A stretch of 62,196 nucleotides of DNA, counting the filler, from Hausera hauseri (taxonomy: Eukaryota): NCBI GenBank assembly GCA_046269625.1. It is 12 parts of 12 records of this genome, joined end to end, with 100 filler letters (N's around TTAATTAATTAA, not from the genome) between each part and the next. Parts side by side here need not be neighbours in the genome. Positions count along the whole stretch, not along the records: positions 19,866 to 24,937 come from JBJURY010344602.1; positions 25,038 to 30,641 come from JBJURY010222632.1; positions 30,742 to 37,906 come from JBJURY010033780.1; 9 more parts are not named here. One strand, given 5' to 3'. The notes below the pieces were generated by a model. The model was not told the origin of the DNA. It made no database searches and saw nothing but the letters and a program-made list of their open reading frames with translations. Made by a program: the position numbers and the translations under genes. Positions within the stretch are counted from its first letter, which is position 1. Each line of letters begins with the position of its first letter. This document shows, one piece after another, positions 23,468-36,640 of this stretch.

Positions 23468-23617
23468 GTTTATACATTTATGTTACTGAATAACGCATTC
23501 TCTTGGCCTACCGACAGGGCTAGGGGCACATGAACTGTACATAACACAGAGAAAATATGGATGTCCATCATGTGGGACTTAACATATTATAAGAGAAGAC
23601 AGTGAATAAAATATAAT

Positions 23618-24266
23618 GGTTTATTTTGTTTCAAATGCATCGAGGATTATTTGTCTGGTACTGAACGGAAATGTCCCGGTACATTCGATGATTGCCAACT
23701 GGCCAATCTGAATATTGTCAGAGATTTTCATCCAGATCGTCGTTTGAGTAAAAAAATCCCGACATTGGTTGTCAAATGTCCATTGGGTACATGTACAGAA
23801 CGATGTGAACTGAAAGAAATGGTGAAACATTTGGCGGTCTGTGAGAAGAATCACGTCAGTTGCATTTTCTCAACAATTGGTTGTGATAAGGTTGATGTTG
23901 TCAAGGAGAATATGGAATCACACCTTGTCTCAGATAACATGAAACATTCGGAATTACTGGTGGAATTTTTGAGGAATGTCGAAAATCGAATGGATTTTGT
24001 AGAGAATAATTTGGTTTTGGAGAAGGTCTGATTGTTGTTCTTTGATTGTTTAAGAATTATTTATCACTTGGGGTTTCCAGACGAAACGGAAGAAATTGAA
24101 GGAAAAATTGAAGATTGAAAGACAAAAACGAATTCGTTTGGAGTCATTTCAGGTTGTTTTTTTTGTAGTTTGTTGGATATGGCTTAATGTGTTTGTTGTG
24201 CAGGAGAGGGTTCTTACATTAGTGGATGGACATATTACGATGCGGCAGGAGTTTGAGGAAGACCGT
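23618..24266 (+). pseudogene. TRAF-like gene fragment (half RING, TRAF zinc fingers, coiled coil)
   Basis: LFCFKCIEDYLSGTERKCP (RING C-terminal half), VKCPLGTC...HLAVC, VSCIFSTIGC...MESHL...H. Phase-0 GT-AG introns at 24026-24080 and 24153-24203. The first half of the RING is absent. Confidence 0.72.
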
Positions 24267-25284
24267 GTAAGTTGTATTTTTATTTTGTAGTCATAATTCT
24301 TTAGTGAATATTTTTTTAAATTTTATAGAAAATTAAAAATATTTTATTGGTTGCTAAATCTTTTATTATTTGAAATTTTTGTAAATCAAAATTGAAATTC
24401 TGCTTTTATTAAAATATAATTATCAATATTTTTGCTGGATTTTATTGTTTGTATTGCTTTTTAAAATTTTGTATTACTGAATTTGTAAATTGATTTTTGT
24501 TATTGTTTCTAAATATATTTATATAGTGTAATTTAATATTATTTTGTTTATCGATGTAATTTAAAATTTTATAATATTCTTATTATGAAATTATTTAATT
24601 GTGTTATTTGAGAAATTTTTTACATTTTCTTTTTTTATTAACAGTGAATTTAATTTCGTTTAATTTCTTCTTTTTGACTTTTTTAATTATACATTTAGAT
24701 AATTTTATAATTCTTATCTTTAATGCTTTTTTAAATATTTTTTATTTTATAATTTTATATATTACTGTAATTTTACTTTTTAGTAATTTTATTTAGTTTT
24801 TTAATTTTTCAACTGTTTTAAAATTTCTATGAACGTATAATGATGGTTCGAAAATAAATGATAATTAAACTTTGTTTCAATTTTGGAATTAAATAAATTA
24901 TATTTCAAATTGTAAGTCTAATTCAACTTTTGACGAANNNNNNNNNNNNNNNNNNNNNNNNNNNNNNNNNNNNNNNNNNNNTTAATTAATTAANNNNNNN
25001 NNNNNNNNNNNNNNNNNNNNNNNNNNNNNNNNNNNNNCAATTAACTCATTCACTCATTAAATGAGTCTTGTTTTCATCCTTTTTAGAATTTCTCGACTTT
25101 ACATTGGCTCTTTATTTAATTGACTTTGAATTAAATTCACACATCAATATTCGTTTAAATTCCACGTTACAAGGAGAACAGAATTAAAAACATACCATTT
25201 GTCGCACAAATTGTTGAAACAACGCCATGCTATTAGCACAACTTTTTTATAGCCAACCATCAAAATTGACACATAATTTTTTCG

Positions 25285-25674
25285 AACAAACCGACCAATC
25301 AGATTACGTTTACCGCGAAATTTAAACAAAGTGGGTGGAAATAGTGAAACCACGATCAGGCTAGAAAATTCTTTGTTCATTAAGGAAATCTCCGACCAAT
25401 CAGGTTATACCAAAATTAAAACAAAAAATTTTACCGCGAAATTTAAACAAAAAACAATTTTTGCGCGAAATTCAAATTTTTACATGTACCTAAAAACCAT
25501 GCAGTACATGTGCTTGTGTGTATCCACTTTGTGACTGTGTGCCTCCTATCTCCGCCCTATTAACCGTCTATGTGTGCATCATTTTTTCTATCCACGACTC
25601 ATCCGCGAACTACGTCGTTTTTTTCCTTCGCTGCCGGGGGGAGGGTTAACCTCATGTGCTCACATCCTACTACT
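25285..25674 (-). repeat. Polinton terminus / TIR with internal direct repeats
   Basis: Ends CACATCCTACTACT (reverse complement AGTAGTAGGATGTG), homologous to 18205-18470. Duplicated CCGACCAATCAG and TTACCGCGAAATTTAAACAAA. Confidence 0.72.
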
Positions 25675-28600
25675 GTCCTGCCGACCTCACACCAACTACA
25701 TCTCCAAATCTCCCTTGCACAGATTTTTCTCTACAAGACGAATTCAAGTCGTACCTGGTTACAATTCCATTTGCAATGGCTTAAAGCCAATCATATGGCA
25801 GATTCCTTCTTGCGGGCGAACAGTTTGCTGATATTACTTCCAGCTAATATCAAGCAGCAAATCAATAATCTGGCCGACATACTGTGTGAATCAGTTCTAC
25901 ACATTACCGACTATTCAATTGACAGCATAATTCAGAAATACTTTAATGAACATGCCATTGGAAGTCAAAAACCATCGGATTTCCTTAAAGCAGCAGTATC
26001 TCAACTGAGTTCATGAGGCGTCACTACTATAAACAATGCCGATCTTTTTCGTCGATATTTTCTTTCATCCTTGCCAACCTCCATCAGAGCGCTGCTCACT
26101 GTAGTAGACGACTCAGCGGCCCTTGAAAAGCTCGACTTATTTGAAGACAAAAGCTTTGACACTTTGCAATATAATAGTTCACAACCAGTAGCTGCAGCAA
26201 CCTCTCACACACCTTCACACACAGATAACACTTCATTTTCACAACAATTGCAAATGATGCAGCAACAGTTTGACGAGTTACGGCAGTCGATTTTGGCCAT
26301 TACTACCCAACTAAATAATCTTAATGGGTCTCGACGAAGTGAAACCAAACCTTCAGGGGAGAGAAGCATTTCCAGACACTCTGCGCGATCCATTTCACCT
26401 GGCGGACGCATGACTTGCTTTTATCACACACGATTTCGAAGGGATGCTTGGAAATACTTTTGGGTTTTTGGTTCTACAGCGAACGGTACGCTGTAGACAA
26501 CCCCATTTGCGTCTATCACAATAAGTTTCAATCACGGGATAGATCCTGTGTGCCTGGTTGTAAACATTACAACGATAGATCTTCTCGTTTTTCCTCCTTC
26601 TCTTCCTTTTCTCCAAAAACTTCAAAAAACTAATCAAGCCGCCATATTTTACGGTACATTCTGGCGCAGGCAATATCGCTCAATCTTCTGCCCGTTTCAA
26701 CAACGCCTCTGCAGTCTTTCTGTTGAAAGCTGCACTGTTATGCAGAGATACTTCACATGTCGACTTCCTTATAGGTTCAGTAGCTACCTTTTCGCTCCTC
26801 CCCTTGTCCTCCGTTCCTACATCGACTACGACTTCTTGCCCGCCGCTCTTCACTACCAGTGGTCAACCGTTGCATGTTGCAGAAACCACGGAATTGATTT
26901 TCACATTCGCCAACTTTCCAGCTAAGTTTGACTAAACGTTTCACGTGGCCTACATTAAATTTTCCATAATATACTCAGATATTCTCGCCGCATATGATCT
27001 ATTGGTCGATTGCAAATTCAGCTGTTTTTCAATCAGGAACTCTATTGCAACTCTAAACATGTGTCTCGTAGAGAACTTAGCGAGCAATTCACTGCACTCA
27101 TCTATGAACCTGTTGAACGCTTCGTTATCTATAAAAAACTTCCGATAAAGTCGCCAATATTTTCATTATAAACGAAAATCATAAATTTATACTAAAACAA
27201 AAATCCAAATTAGGCGTCGACAGTAGCGATGCCAACAGCCTTACGTCAATCACTGGAGCTGTTCTTTGTAATGACATGCCTCATTCACTGTTGTTTCTAG
27301 ACTCCAATCTTAAATCATACGTCACAAATTCTTGCTTTCGCATAGTAAAAAGGGACGTCAACTTTAAGCCTCCATGCACAACTTATCATCACATAGTAAC
27401 AGAGCATCAGAGGCCGATCAAACAAAAGGTCGCCACGTAGACGTAAAGCTGTGGAACAGGAATTTAATAAACTGGAATGGTCTGGCATCATTCGGAGATC
27501 GAATTCGCCGTGGCCTTCGCCTCTTCATGTAGTGGTAAAGAAAGGTGGTATATATAGGCCATGTGGCGACTATCGACAATTAAGCAATCTAACTATCACT
27601 GATGCCTATCCACTACCACTCATTAAAAATATTCTTTATGGCCTAAACAACACCAATACCTATTCTACCATTGATCTGCACAGGGCCTACCATCAAATTC
27701 CTGTTTTCCCTGATGACATTCCAAAAACTGGTGCTATCACACCATTTGGCTTTACGAATACATCTTCATGCCTTTTGGACTACGTAGTGCATCTCAGACC
27801 TTTCAGCGCCACACCGTTCTTTCTGGTCTTAATTTTGCTCCCCATACACAGATGACATATTAGTTGCTTCCAGCTCCATCCAACAACATCATGAGCACCT
27901 TCGGATTATTTTTCACAGATTCCATCAAAGCAACCTGCAAGTTAATTTTACCAAATGCAATTTCTTCCAGAAACGCGTCAACTTCTTAGGCCACATAATT
28001 ACTCCCGAAGGACATTCGCCCCAGTCTGATCGCTTACAACAATTAAAAAATGTAACGTTGCTAACTACTACTACTACCAATATGAGGAGTTTTCTAGGGA
28101 CATTGAATTTCGTACATAAATATGTGCCACACTGCTCCGAACTAACGGCACCTTTATCACACCTTTCATCTGGGAAGAAAAAACAATTAATTCATTAGAC
28201 TCTCTATCTAGTAAACCAATTTGATCGCCTTTGTGAAGGTCTGAAAACTGTGGAAATCTTGGCCTTTCCAAAGCCAAACGCTGAACTAATATTAACAACC
28301 GATGCCTCCACCACAGCAACTGGTGCGATATTACACCAAATATACAATGGCGTCGATGAATCATTAAAATTTTATTCCCAAAGCTCACGCAACCCGAAAG
28401 TCCATACTCAACATTCGATCGTGAACTTTTGGCTATAGTTCTAGCGGTAAAGCATTTCAAGCACTTACTTCTTCCACGTCAATTTACCATTTAAACCGAT
28501 CATATGCCTCTACTTCACATAATGACTTTAAAACAGCCCTCACTCAGGCAAGAACGATAGATATCATACCTGTCGACGTTTAGTTTTTTCATGAAATATA

Positions 28601-30293
28601 TTTCAGGCACCGAAAATTTAGTAGAGGATTTTCTTTCGCGGACGGTTAACTCAATTACAGTTCAGCCAATTTTTTCCTCTGAGGTCCTGAGAAGCAATCA
28701 GCCATCATCTGATATTCTCCTAGCTTTTAAGTATGTTGAAATCATCGATGGCGTCGCTTATGACACTTACAATTCGACCAACAAGAAAATCATCCTTGCT
28801 CCAGCGCTACAAAAGACAGCTTTCAATAACTTTCACTTTCTTCATCATCCGAGTTCAAAAGCTACATTCCATCTACTGCAACGCCACGTTGTATGGCCAA
28901 CTATGCGTACAGATGTACAAATCTGGGTTCAGGGATGTCAGCATGACAACAATACAAGGTTCACAAACACCTCAAACCACTCCTTTACCACTTCCCTTGC
29001 ACATCTCGTTTTGACACCGTTCATTTGGATCTTGTCGGTACTTTACCATCCGATAAAGGCTATTAGTATATCTTATCCATGACGGACTGAGCTTCTCGCT
29101 GGCCGGAAGCCGTTCCGCTTCGATCAACCGACACTGACTCAGTAGCATATGCAATTATCAAGATATGAGTCAGCCGTTTTGGCACACCGCGTCACATCAT
29201 ATTGGACCAGGGTACGCAATTTGAAGGTGATCTTTTCAAATTTCTTGTAAAGCACTTGGGAATAGCCCATCTCCATACGACGCCGTACCATCCCCAAGCA
29301 AATGGTCTTTTCGAGAGATTTCATCGCACCATGAAGATTTCCTTAAAAATCCTGGCATCCAACAATCATAACTGGACCTCAATTCTTCCTCTTGTCCTAC
29401 TCGATTGGCGCAACACGCCATCCACCACCACAGGCTGTGCTCCAGCTGAGGCTCTCTTTGGGACACCAGTTTGTGCACTATTTAAGCTCTTTAATCTCGA
29501 TGAAAGTCCGTCAGATGAAGTTATTCGTGTGGCACAGTCCCACTTTGCTGTTGTCAACTTAAATGCCTTCTGCTGTCTTATAAATAAAGACAAATTTTAT
29601 ATCCCAGAGGACTTATACTCAGCCAAGTTTGAATGGCTGAAGGATCCGTCACGTTCTGGTTTTCGGCCCAAATACGTTGGCCCTTACAAATTACTGAACC
29701 TTTCTTCGCACACCGTTACTATTTTACGCAAGTACAAACCCCAAAACGTACACATTTCTAATCTTAAGCCACCGTCAACCCATGACATAATTTCCTTGAT
29801 GATTTTAATCCTCCGCAGCATTCACTCTTGCTTCACAATCAGCTCTCTTCACTTCCGTCATCATCCACTGCTCCCTCACCATCTGCCTCTCCGTCATCAC
29901 CTGCACGTCCACTATTCACTTCATCTTTATTGCACGATTCGCTGCAATCTCCAGTCTCGTGTTCTTCGCGTGATCCTTTTCCTCTTTCAGCTTCTTTTCC
30001 ACTTTCACCTCTTCATGAAGCATTCCGCAGCATCACAAAATCCACATTATCTCTCCCTCAAACAACTTCACAAGCACCAGTAACATCTAACAGATCACGC
30101 CAAGTGAAATTTTGTACTTACGTCAGGGAGAAGTTCATAGATGGAAACCAACGTCTAACACGTACCAAAACCGAATAGACACAAGTTCTTCTCTTCCTAC
30201 TATAATCCCCATTTATTTTCCTTTTCATAATCTTCACACTGCCACGGGGGGAGTGATGTGGTGCCGCGGTCGCGGGCACAGCTCGTTTCCTCA
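25675..30293 (+). mobile_element. Decayed Gypsy element, CsRn1-like (family 3): gag, pol, PPT and start of 3' LTR
   Basis: CFYH..F gag motif; DFLIGSVATFSLLP protease; WPSPLHVV, YRPCGDYRQL and TIDL RT; TTDAS RNase H; DQGTQF and YHPQANGLFERFHR integrase; GPY; PPT GGGGGGAGTGA at 30246-30256 then TG at 30257. Many stops and frameshifts. Confidence 0.92.
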
Positions 30294-30741
30294 GAGGTGT
30301 AAATTCAACTTCAAGCGGTGATAGCAATCTCTCCATTAAGTGACTCTTTCAGAATCGTTAATTGAATCAAACGATGAAGGATTATCATTCTTTTGCATCA
30401 TCAAAAATTGTTCCAAAACCAAATGAACTTTTCATCATTCTATTCACAACATGTGTCTATGTGTTTTAACAAAATATAGAAGAACATTATGTAAATGTAT
30501 TGAATGTAACATATAATTGTAATTGATCACTCGTTCGGCCATTGACCATCATCTCAATGTTTGGTTACGTCATTTCACACGTCTACAATATTCCTTTTTT
30601 AGCAGGCAGCAGGACATAGACAAAATTTTATTGCGAATCAANNNNNNNNNNNNNNNNNNNNNNNNNNNNNNNNNNNNNNNNNNNNTTAATTAATTAANNN
30701 NNNNNNNNNNNNNNNNNNNNNNNNNNNNNNNNNNNNNNNNN

Positions 30742-32693
30742 GGTTTCACCCTGTGTCCATTAATGGGAGCTTACTTCACACTTGAACTACTGGATGCTGA
30801 GTTATTCTACCAAGGTCCTGCTTTACTGGCAGTTCTTTTCTCTATAGCAGACTTGATCTTCATCCTTTTTGTGCTTCCAGAGACTTTACACATAAGCAGT
30901 AAGGTAAGAAATATGATGTGCAATATCTGAATATTATAATATAGTTTGTACTGCAGTGTATTAATGTCGTGGTCAGACATCATGAGTTATCCTGTTTGCT
31001 TAAATTATCATTAAGCTTTTTTTTAGATCTTAATCACTTACTTCACTTTGATTAAATTGTAAATTAATTTACCCTAAAAGAGCTTCAGGTCTGCATGGTG
31101 GTACGTTCAAATATACAGGACATGTAAACGTTTGTTTGGATTTATTTCCTTTTTATATGTTATACTATATATTTTTTGGAATTTAACAAAGGGTTCCTCA
31201 GACCCTGCAAGGGTAAAGGTTCAGGAGCTTGGAGATCTGCTCCTGAACCACATTTAATACTGGATTTAGTTCACCTGTTAAAATAATTGTTAGTAGATTT
31301 TAAGGTTGGGAAGTTTTAATTATTGTTACATGGGCAAACGTGAAGATGCTACTTGTTGAAATCAAGTGTGTGGTTACTTACATTTAAATATTTGATGTGT
31401 GTGTGTGTGTTTGTATATGTATATATACATTAGAAATATAAATGAATTGGATATTAAGCAATCTCTTATATCAGTGGTTCTCAAACTTCATAGACCAAGT
31501 ACCATCCATTATCAAACCAAGTATTACCTACCTTCCAAATACCGCCTATGTTCCACAATGTTTTTACTATTGATATTGGTTTTATGGACCACTCTTTGTC
31601 TGACCCGTCACCTTGGACCAGCTTGCCTTGGGAGATCCCACCAGGAGCTTTTGCTCAAGACAACAGAGCTCATAGGATCATTCAAGTACACAAACCCCTC
31701 CACCACGATAAGGTGGTGATCCATGGAGGAGAAGGCAAAATCATGCTTTGTTACAAATTTAATGTCAAATTAAATATCATTGACTGACCAAAAATTAAGA
31801 TCTGGATTTGGAAATCAATAAGCTTCACTAAAATTCAGACCTTCACTATAATTACATTTTATTGTTTTATGTTTTTAGGCAATACTCTTACTTATTCCAG
31901 CGTTTTTGTTTATTGGAATGGCATGGAACCTGATGGTGCTGTACGTTGGCTTGTTTCTGTATTCCTTTGGTAAGCATCATTAATCATTACACGTATGGAT
32001 ATCACCATTTATGTATATTCTCAATCTTACTACTATTATTTAAAGGAAAATGAATAGCATGTATTAGTAGCTCTTTAGTTTTTTTCACTTTTAGCGGCTG
32101 CCATTGTTGTGCCATGTCTTTCAGCACAAGTATCTGGACATGGTGAGCATCTTTACTTTACTCTATCAATAGTTCTAATTAACGTTGCTTTTAATGATCT
32201 TTATTATGTTTATTTAAATTACGATCAATGTATTTCTAAATAAATTGTCAGTGGCACTGCAATGCATTTTGTAAGATTATTTTTGTTTGTTTTTTTCAAT
32301 ATTTGATCTTTTTTGACATTGCAACTGTAATATCCATTGGATTAGGGACTGCCGGTCAGAAAGGGACAGTGATGGGCATCCTCCGGAGTCTTGGAGCTTT
32401 GGCTCGGGCCATCGGTCCAGTTGTGGCATCTTCAGGTAAACCAAATGTAATATTGCTGCACTCTATAGTTGAACCTCTAACACTATCCGGTAGTGATTAT
32501 ATGTTTATGACCATGTTTAACATCTCAGTTGATCTTTATCACCAGATTTTATGTATTAATATTAACTCTGCCCTCATATTTCTTTGCAGTGTACTGGTTG
32601 GCTGGAGCAGAGACGTGTTTTGTAATGAGCGCGGTCCTCTTTGCTTTTCCTTTGTTCTTACTGACCAGACTGGAGAGACAAAAAGAGGACTAA
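30742..32693 (+). pseudogene. mfsd10: mfsd10-like MFS transporter, 3' exons, copy 1 (internal exons deleted)
   Basis: GT-AG exons 30742-30903 (GFTL..LMGAYF...LPETL), 31879-31969 (AILLLIPAF), 32095-32142 (AAIVVPCLS), 32346-32435 (GQKGTVMGILRSLGALARA) and 32590-32693 (VYWLAGAE...stop). Confidence 0.8.
31577..31730 (-). mobile_element. 5' end fragment of a fish RTE-clade LINE (Expander/Rex3-like); second copy at about 37610-37762
   Basis: The reverse complement CCACCTTATCGTGGTGGAGGGGTTTG...GGTGACGGGTCAGACAAAGAG resembles the conserved fish RTE 5' region, recognised from memory. Confidence 0.65.
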
Positions 32694-33394
32694 AAACCAG
32701 TTATGCTGCCTTTACTAAAGTATATTTTATCTCTTTATAGAAGTATATATGTATTTATATATAGACGGGGTTCAGTGGGGTTCTATCTTCTTTGTTTTTG
32801 TAAATGTTTTATATCTTTTTCTAAACCTCACAGTGTGTTTTCACCTCTCTGTAAAATATCTGAACACATTTAAACCTTCTAGGCACTACAGAGCGGTTTC
32901 ATATGAGATATAGTTTCACAGGCTGTCCGGGATGGGATGATCTCTCTCACTAACTATGTACAATGAAACACTGGGACCAGTTAAGGGTGACCGTAACACC
33001 CAAAATAATAAAGGTCATGTAGTGTTCTGCAGCAATCTAACTTTATTCTTTCTGTACTGTGCAGTTATATATCGCCCATAAACAAGTACCGACCTGATCA
33101 AAATGAATATTAATATGACAGTTTGGAACTACATCATTTTTCTAGACATTGTATGATCATTAATGATTAGTAGCTGGGTCATGCTGGTTCCAGTGCAGTA
33201 TTAACCGGTGGAAACCCACGTGGACAAAAAAGAGAACATGCAAACAGATAAATAATGTTTTTTTATTGTAATTAAATACAGAAAAAAGGAAAGAAAAAAA
33301 TATATTTAAAAAAGAGTCCGGGGTTACAGATGCATCTCCTGATGCTGATGTTTGCACCTGTAAAATAAAATTTTGATTATCTTTTGCTTTCTTT

Positions 33395-35277
33395 TTATTT
33401 CGCTCCAAACATCTGGATCAGATCGTCGTCCAGGTGTTTTTCCTCCGTCTTTTCTCTCCGCCTCCCGGTCCTGTGCTGATTGGTCGAATGTCCTTGGTGC
33501 CTCACGTCTGCTTTAAGAGTGTCTCCTACTTCTGGCAGCTTCTGTTTCCGTCCTCTGTTTCTCTCCACTGGCTGTTCAGTTCGACTCCTACTTTTCTTTT
33601 GTGTTAGTGTTTGGCTTTCTTTAAACATATTAAACAGATCGTCGTTCTTCTCTTCGCTTTCTGTGTCCTTTTGCAGGCCCCACGTTCTCCAGCTGTTTCT
33701 CATTGCATCCAGATGTTCATCCACTTGGGTGTTGGTCATTGCATCTGTTTCTGACTCTTTCTTTATTTCTAAGTCTTCTTTGTCTTGAGCCTGATCATTT
33801 TCTGTCTCTACATGGAGTTCCTCTTGGAGAACCTGGTTCTCTTCCTCTATCTCTATCTCCTCAGGCATTGAGGACAGGGTCGGCTTTTCTTCCTCGATGT
33901 CTGTCTCGGTCTCTTTCTCCATCTCCTTCTGTTCTGTCACCACTATCGACTGCTCTGTCTCTTCATCTCTTTCAGTCTGGTCCTCCATTATTTCTTCAAT
34001 CTTTTCTTCTGTTTCATTTATCTTGTTCTCTTCATTTATCTCATTCTCTTCATTAATCTCATTCTCTTCATTAATCTCATCCTCTTCATTTATCTCGTTC
34101 TGTTCATTTACAGCTTCATCTTCCCTCTTATTCTGCTGCATTCGGGTATTATTTTGTTTTTCTAATTTCTCTTGCTTTTCCACTTCATCATGCAGCAGTT
34201 GATCAGTCAGGCTCAGTTTCTCTGCCGCTTCTACTCTTCTTCTGAGTTCTTCAATCTCCATCATTAAAGCTTCTTCTTTCTCTTTCTTCTTCATTCGTTC
34301 CAGCTTTTGCTCTTTCTTAATCTTTCTGAACCAAACCCACTTTGCTTTCTCAGCCTTCACCTCCATCTCTAACCTCTGTGCTGTCACGATCTGCTTCATC
34401 ATCTCTTTCATCTCCATCACCTCTCTTCTCAGTTGATCCTCTCGCTCTCTCGTGATCAGTAGCTCAGAATCACGATAAATCTGAGTGATGTTAAGTGCTT
34501 CAGTTCTTCTTTGCTCCTCCATGAACTTCATCTCGTTTGACTCGTGCATCCAGCATCTCAATTTTCTCTATAAAAAAACAAACATTTGTAATTTATTGTT
34601 AATATTAATAATATTTTTGAGCTAACCTTCACATGTAGTTATATATAAATGAATCCACACTCCCAAAACCCAATTTATTGTTATATAAGCAAATAGTAAT
34701 ATGAGTAACACAATGGAACAGTGAGTAGGTTTTTGGACTTCAAAATTATTTTAAAATAATCTTGCCTTTTCTTTTCGTCTCCGTCTCTCCTCTTCCTGAG
34801 CTTGAGCTTCTTCCATGTGCCGTCTGATGATCTCTCTGTGCAGTCTTAGCTCTATTTCCTCGTTCAGATCTTTTCTCTCTTTTTTCTCCAGACTGTGTTT
34901 GTTCTGTAGCTCTTGCTGAGCTCGAACTTCTTTCTTGTCCACCTTTGTAATGTTTCCGAGCTCTAATTTCTTGCCCTGGTGTATCTGGTTCAGCTCTTCT
35001 ACCATGAACTTCTCAAGCTGTGGTTTGGTCTTTTGTTGTTTCTTATTTAGCTCTATTTGCTGCTTTAAATCATGCAGCTGTCTCTCCATCTCCAACTGCA
35101 TCCTTTTCATATCATTTAGTATGTTTTTCTCCTCCTGCTGTTTTTTATCCTTCTTCTGCTTCCTCCATTTGCTGGGCAGCATCATTTTTAACAAGCCGCC
35201 CCAGCACCCAGTACTTTTGGTCCGACTGGACTGCGTGTTTTGGTCTCGCAGTTTAATTATGTCCAAGGATCCGATCT
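33395..35277 (-). CDS. Uncharacterised E/K/Q-rich coiled-coil protein (last two large exons)
   Basis: Exons 35277-34766 and 34567-33395 join in phase 0 through a GC-AG intron. NEINEE 18-nt repeats at about 34010-34110. Candidate small upstream exons near 35400 and 35620. Confidence 0.7.
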
Positions 35278-36527
35278 GTACATAAAACATGAGCAACACT
35301 TTATATCTCTGTTCTAACTTTATGACAGTAAGATCAACAGAAAATCTAATTTGTAAGTAGAAATTAAGAATGAGTTTTATTTCTATACAGGTGTACCTTA
35401 TTTTTTCTGGATGTGTACTCCAGATCCTCGGCTACAGTCATCCTCATGTCATGTACACAGGATGACCTAAAGTTATAAACATTAGTGTTTAAATGTAACT
35501 TTTTCCATAAATAAAACAATCCTGTGATACTTTAGAACAGGTTTCACTACAGAGAAGTAAATAATTTAATTTTAATATGTGAATGTGTAAGCTACCTCGT
35601 CATCATCATGAACAGCAGAGGAAAGGTAACAGGACTGTTGAAAACCTCCTGTCGAAGTAAGAGCAATAATAACTCAGTTTTTTTTCAACACAAACCGGGT
35701 CACAGTGTGCTGAGTATCACAGAGTACCTACCTGTACACTTAATAAGAGAATAAAGTCCTAAAATACAGTATAATAAGAATAATTATAAGATAAGATCTC
35801 CGAGTTGTGCTCTCTAACAGCGCGTCACACCTACTAATGTTTATATAGTTTTTATTAGCAACGATGGAACGGTGATCAGATTACCATGGCGACCTTGCTT
35901 TTGTCGTCACAGCGTTCTTAATACGTTTCACCCGTAATACCGATTATGACCTGTAGGTGGCAGCATGTTGTTTTTTAAAAAACAACAATATATTTTGTAG
36001 TGTTAAGTGTGGGACACTGTTTTTAATGTTTATAACAATACATTTGATGATGTTTAGAAATCTTTCAACCTCAAACTCATCACATCTCATCCAGAGCTCT
36101 GATGACTGAGCTTCCACTGACCCAACGTGTATCCACATGCACATCCTAAATACTTTTTTTTAAACTGCAGTGGATTAATGTCGTGGTAAGACATCAGGAG
36201 TTATCCTGTTTGCTTAAATTATCATTAAGCTTTTTTTTTTTAGATCTAAATCACTTACTTTACTTTGATTAAATTGAAAATTAATTTACCCTGTAAGAGC
36301 TTCAGGGCTGCATGGTGGTACGGTCAAATATACAGAACATGTAAACGCTTGTCTAAATTAATTTCCTCTTTACATATTATATATATATATATTATGGAAC
36401 ATTTGATGAATGATATTCGACCATTTTGTATCAAAAAGCATAACACGTTCTTATGAACACATTCTTACTTATTTACACTGATCACACCTAGAAGAGAATA
36501 TATAGAAGTCCATCACAGGTCCATTCG

Positions 36528-36640
36528 GGGCAATTTAGTGTCTCCAATTAACCTAGTGGCATATCTTTGGACTGTGTGAGGAAACCGGAGTACCCGGAGG
36601 AAACCCACTCAGACATGAGAAGAACATGCAAACTCCACTC
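36528..36640 (-). mobile_element. V-SINE central domain (fish-type SINE)
   Basis: GGAAACCGGAGTACCCGGAGGAAACCCAC.CAGACA.G..AGAACATGCAAACTCCAC, the well-known V-SINE core. Confidence 0.85.

Noticed and set aside
23618-24266. This TRAF-like gene as the donor of the Polinton MATH domain
   Set aside because: It is on a different contig, possibly from a different organism, and no MATH exon is visible here.
25500-25674. Sequence shared with 18205-18370 interpreted as the Gypsy 5' LTR or leader
   Set aside because: It does not match the 3' LTR start (TGTGGTGCCGCGG), joins Gypsy at different positions in the two contigs, ends in AGTAGT and adjoins polB. A Polinton terminus fits better.
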